A DNA stretch of 19,651 nt from a virus (Duplodnaviria > Heunggongvirae > Uroviricota > Caudoviricetes). The notes below the pieces were generated by a model. The model worked only from the letters and a program-made list of their open reading frames with translations, was not told where the DNA came from and did no database searches. Where the stretch lies: IMG/VR virus record IMGVR_UViG_2648501186_000006; one strand, written 5' to 3'. The translations under genes and the position numbers were made by a program. Positions 16,166 to 19,651 of this stretch are shown here, one piece after another (the first letter of the stretch is position 1; each line of letters starts with the position of its first letter).

Positions 16166-16383
16166 AAACCCCCCTGAACGTCGGCAGAGAAGGGGAGGCT
16201 CCAGTAACTAAGTGAATTGCGCGAGTTAGTTGAAAAACGGGCAGTAAAAATGCAGGGGCCATCAGGCAATTGAGAGCGTGCTTCGTCTTCAGTTGCTGCG
16301 ATAACGAAGTGATAGTGGTGTTTTTTACAGGAATAGAAACGCCAGATGAATTCTGGGCGTGCGCAAGGATTGGCATTAACCAT
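16162..16383 (-). CDS. icd: Icd (73-aa cell division inhibitor whose translation is coupled to ant)
   Basis: 73 codons; SD GAGG lies inside the b2 antisense target; its stop overlaps the ant start. Size and position match P1 icd as I recall it. Confidence 0.65.
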   Translation of the reverse strand: MVNANPCARPEFIWRFYSCKKHHYHFVIAATEDEARSQLPDGPCIFTARFSTNSRNSLSYWSLPFSADVQGGL

Positions 16384-16435
16384 AGTTACGGCCTCACAAT
16401 CAGGTTTAACAACCTGCTACCCGCTGCTAAACAGG

Positions 16436-16512
16436 TGGCAGGACGTGACGGGGTTAGCAGACTGGCGATTGTGAAACCAGCAGGCCGAAGCCTCCCCATC
16501 ACGCCCCACCAT
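16436..16512 (-). ncRNA. c4: c4 antisense repressor RNA (boundaries approximate)
   Basis: - strand segment CGTGATGGGG...CCCCGTCACG forms a closing stem and contains CACAATC (b') and CTGCTAACC (a'). Complementary targets occur upstream (a1 16592-16603, b1 16579-16585) and downstream (a2 16423-16433, b2 16395-16401, over the icd SD). Confidence 0.55.
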
Positions 16513-16630
16513 AATTTGGGCGTAACGCGGTTTTACGGACACAAAAATACCGCAATATCGGATATCTGCGGCTGTCCGCACAATCATTCAGGCTGCTAAA
16601 CCCGGTCGCAGAATTTGCTACGACGGCGGA

Positions 16631-16659
16631 ACTATAAGCCTGAACGATTAAAAGGTCAA
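16631..16659 (-). promoter_or_regulatory. Sigma70 promoter for the c4-icd-ant transcript (P51-like): TTGACC, 17 nt, TATAGT
   Basis: On the - strand TTGACC (16659-16654), a 17-nt spacer, then TATAGT (16636-16631); a1/b1, c4, icd and ant lie downstream. Confidence 0.6.
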
Positions 16660-16697
16660 TATGATGCGAAAAGATAGCATTCGTGACTTAAAAATAC

Positions 16698-16714
16698 AAA
16701 TTTATTAGAGTATT
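16698..16714 (-). promoter_or_regulatory. C1 operator-like site (15 of 17) in the divergent immI / sim-like control region
   Basis: - strand reads AATACTCTAATAAATTT against consensus ATTGCTCTAATAAATTT; sits between the P51-like promoter and the + strand secreted-protein operon. Confidence 0.45.
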
Positions 16715-16810
16715 ATCTGCTTAATAAATACACAATTGGATCTAATAACCTCTTTTTTTTAAAGGCGAAAATATGTACCTTAAATGGGTTATAAGGCAGG
16801 TGAGGTTATA

Positions 16811-16942
16811 ATGAGAAAACTATTACTATCGTTATTATTTATGGCTGGGACTGTTAATGCAGCATCAAGCGTAAAGGAGATTTGTACCGATTATACGAAA
16901 TACCTTTGGCAAGTTTACGCCTTTGCGATCAATGACTATTAA
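16811..16942 (+). CDS. Small secreted peptide precursor (43 aa, SPI-type signal peptide), first gene of the sim-like operon
   Basis: Not in the ORF track. ATG 16811 with SD GGTGAGG; MRKLLLSLLFMAGTVNA|ASS... is a textbook signal peptide with an AxA cleavage site; mature peptide about 26 aa. About 30% GC. Confidence 0.45.
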   Translation: MRKLLLSLLFMAGTVNAASSVKEICTDYTKYLWQVYAFAINDY

Positions 16943-16963
16943 TCCATGCGTAGGAGTGGATTT

Positions 16964-17281
16964 ATGCTGATTCGTTTGTTTTTAGTGCTTTCCTTTTTAA
17001 CATTTAATGTTTTTGCTGATGAAGTTGACTTTTCGAAGGTAGATTGTAATTCAGTGGAAACAAGAAAAGCTCTTATTGAAGAATATAACGAAATATTATC
17101 GTCATATGGAATAACAGTGGTTGATTCTTATAATCAAAAAACTATTCAGAAAGGAATAAATAAACTGGTCTGTTATGGGGTTTACCAATATTCAGATGGC
17201 TCTTCGGAGTATGTTATTTATAAAGCATACCCAAATAGTCTTGGTGAATTAATTAGTGAGTTTAAACCGATTAATGAGTGA
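16964..17281 (+). CDS. Secreted protein (105 aa, signal peptide), sim-like operon
   Basis: ATG 16964 with SD GGAG at 16952-16955 (track start 16946 is upstream of the SD). N-terminus MLIRLFLVLSFLTFNVFA|DEV is a signal peptide. Confidence 0.55.
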   Translation: MLIRLFLVLSFLTFNVFADEVDFSKVDCNSVETRKALIEEYNEILSSYGITVVDSYNQKTIQKGINKLVCYGVYQYSDGSSEYVIYKAYPNSLGELISEFKPINE

Positions 17282-17288
17282 ATGGAAA

Positions 17289-18068
17289 ATGAAATTATTT
17301 AATGTAATAACATTTTGTTGTGCTATTTTTGCTGGAAGCGCGATAGCTGATAATAAATTGCCAGATTGGCTTTCTACCTCAAAGAAAGATTATGATTTAG
17401 TAAGGGCATTCTATTTGTCTGGATTTGCTTCGAAAGCAATGAACAATCAATTTGGTTATCATTTGCCATCTGAGTTGGTTAATGATTTTAAAGATAATGA
17501 ATTTGCTGCTCAGGAAAAATGGAACACAATTCCAATTGTGTATGGTGAAATAAAATCCATAAGAATGGTGAATAATAAACCAATTGTAGAGTTATTTACT
17601 CCAGGGGAAAATGCAACGCCACTAAATTATATCAAATTGAAAATATTGGATTCAAAGCAAGACTCTCTGTTAAAACTAAAAAAAGGGGATGATATATATG
17701 CAGTGTGCTCAGGTGCTAATTTTAGCTTAGTGCCAATTCTGAGCAACTGCACTCCTGCAACAGACGTCATTGATGCTGCACTCTCTTTTTCTGGTGAATA
17801 TATGTTCCCTGCTTTTGATTCTTTTTCACCTACTAAGCAAAACGTCAAATATATATTCACAAATCAAGATCCTGTTCAGATGATGAATTTTATAGGGTAC
17901 CTATCCTTAGTCGATACAACGAAGGATAAGAAAAAAATGGATATGGTTCGTAAGTGTACGCCTTGGAAGCCGGAATGTTCACAACAATTCGTTGATGTAA
18001 TGGAAGGATTTGATAGCATCATGTATAAATATGAGGGAGAATTTAAAAATTACATAGAATTAAAATAG
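17289..18068 (+). CDS. Secreted or periplasmic protein (259 aa, signal peptide), candidate SimC-like superinfection exclusion protein
   Basis: ATG 17289 gives MKLFNVITFCCAIFAGSAIA|DNK (track start 17256 adds 11 aa before the signal peptide). Third gene of an AT-rich operon divergent from c4-icd-ant, the position of P1 sim; no sequence-level confirmation. Confidence 0.55.
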   Translation: MKLFNVITFCCAIFAGSAIADNKLPDWLSTSKKDYDLVRAFYLSGFASKAMNNQFGYHLPSELVNDFKDNEFAAQEKWNTIPIVYGEIKSIRMVNNKPIVELFTPGENATPLNYIKLKILDSKQDSLLKLKKGDDIYAVCSGANFSLVPILSNCTPATDVIDAALSFSGEYMFPAFDSFSPTKQNVKYIFTNQDPVQMMNFIGYLSLVDTTKDKKKMDMVRKCTPWKPECSQQFVDVMEGFDSIMYKYEGEFKNYIELK

Positions 18069-18097
18069 TATTTGAAAGGATAGTCAATTTAAGTTTT

Positions 18098-18130
18098 AAA
18101 AAAACGCCCATTAAAGGGCGTTTTATTGTT
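18098..18130 (+). terminator. Rho-independent terminator after the sim-like operon
   Basis: A-run, ACGCCC-attaaa-GGGCGT, then TTTTATTGTTTT. Confidence 0.6.
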
Positions 18131-18274
18131 TTACTCAAAACAACCTGACTCAAAGCAACCTGATTGTGTGATAACCATATGATACTCCTCATTCCATCTA
18201 CACTACCTACTCTAACTTAATGATACCATATTACTCCCGGACGGCAATATTCCCACTCAATGGACAAATGACTA

Positions 18275-18882
<608 letters not shown>

Positions 18883-18917
18883 GGGAGCTGATAGCGCAGG
18901 CGATAAAAAACGGAGAT

Positions 18918-19651
18918 ATGCCACCAGCTATTGACTGGTTTTCCATTCGCCCAACCAGGGTGAAAGCATTCCTTAGCGCGGCGCATTCGGCATCACCATT
19001 GGCAGAAATGGTTCAGAGGTTGTCGCTCATATTCACAGACCATACCGCGTTGGGTGATCTGACTCTGGACGAGATGAAAGAAGCCTCCATTCAGTGGGCC
19101 GATCAACAAAATGAGGTTAACTCTGACTTCTTGCCAGCATTCAGGAAGGCCGTTAGTAAAGCGGATGATGCCCGTGGAATTCTGAAGGCATTTAAGGCAT
19201 TGCAAAGTCGTGTTAATAAACATGTCGGTGATATCGATGGGGTAACGGCGGAAGGCCGGGATATCCTTAAAGAGCACGGCATAACGCCAGAGTTTATTGA
19301 TGAGATCAGGACTGATATGCAGCGTGAGGTCGTATCGTCCCTGCAAATCGTAGCCAGAGCGTTGGCGGATGCTAATCCGAAGAGTGCGGCCATTGTTAAC
19401 CGGGTTATTGGTGATATTGAAGCATCGGAGGGCATGGGGGCACTGAAACTCTTCCTTTCGCGAGCGTTTAATCCTAACGGCAATATTCTCCCTGGCATTA
19501 TTGGTGAGGCTAAAAGGTATGTCAGTGAAGAAGAACTTGAGCAGCTTGACCAACTACTTAAGCGATTCTCATATAACCCGCAGACACGCTGGCAAATGAA
19601 TCAGCGAAGTATGGGTTCGGTCCACGAGAAAGTGTTATCTGCCATGAACAG
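18918..19651 (+). CDS. 5' part of a larger helical protein continuing past the window end (possibly a tail structural or tape-measure-like protein)
   Basis: Frame is open from 18879 to the window end (more than 250 codons) and so is absent from the ORF track; first ATG at 18918 (a GTG at 18879 overlapping the upstream stop is also possible). Helical, Ala/Glu/Lys-rich composition. Confidence 0.5.
   Translation, partial: MPPAIDWFSIRPTRVKAFLSAAHSASPLAEMVQRLSLIFTDHTALGDLTLDEMKEASIQWADQQNEVNSDFLPAFRKAVSKADDARGILKAFKALQSRVNKHVGDIDGVTAEGRDILKEHGITPEFIDEIRTDMQREVVSSLQIVARALADANPKSAAIVNRVIGDIEASEGMGALKLFLSRAFNPNGNILPGIIGEAKRYVSEEELEQLDQLLKRFSYNPQTRWQMNQRSMGSVHEKVLSAMN

Noticed and set aside
16436-16512. 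tRNA-like acceptor stem (CGTGATGGGG...CCCCGTCACG) suggesting a tRNA gene
   Set aside because: No recognisable D, anticodon or T-arm arrangement; the segment instead carries sequences complementary to flanking mRNA sites, fitting the c4 antisense RNA (an RNase P substrate in P1).

Overview
The window reads as a contiguous slice of a P1-like temperate phage-plasmid (Enterobacteriaceae type), identified from sequence and recalled family knowledge without any database search. In order it carries: an iteron-controlled plasmid replicon (DnaA box, Dam GATC cluster, 5 iterons, repA, about 8 control iterons); a P1-type partition cassette (parA, parB and a parS site with the canonical ATTTCAC heptamer and TCGCCA hexamer boxes); a block of + strand virion genes (capsid-like with a non-ATG start, sheath-like, an acidic protein with a polybasic tail, two small tail proteins); a P53-type lytic replicon on the - strand (kilA, repL) with a near-consensus C1 operator; the immI immunity module (c4 antisense RNA, icd, ant with GTGA start/stop overlap, P51-like promoter); a divergent AT-rich operon of three signal-peptide proteins in the position of the P1 sim superinfection-exclusion locus; and the start of another + strand structural block. 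Three places do not look like core P1 backbone and are the best candidates for something undescribed: (1) a low-GC island downstream of repL holding a convergent pair, a small DUF3892-like protein with its own promoter and a 351-aa ParA/MinD-type ATPase; (2) a 269-aa GIY-YIG-like (T5orf172-type) protein inserted between the control iterons and the parA operator; (3) the sim-like secreted trio, including an unlisted 43-aa signal-peptide ORF. The iteron sequence differs from the P1 incA/incC repeat as I remember it, suggesting a swapped replicon on a P1 backbone. All product calls rest on motifs I can read directly; none was verified by search.
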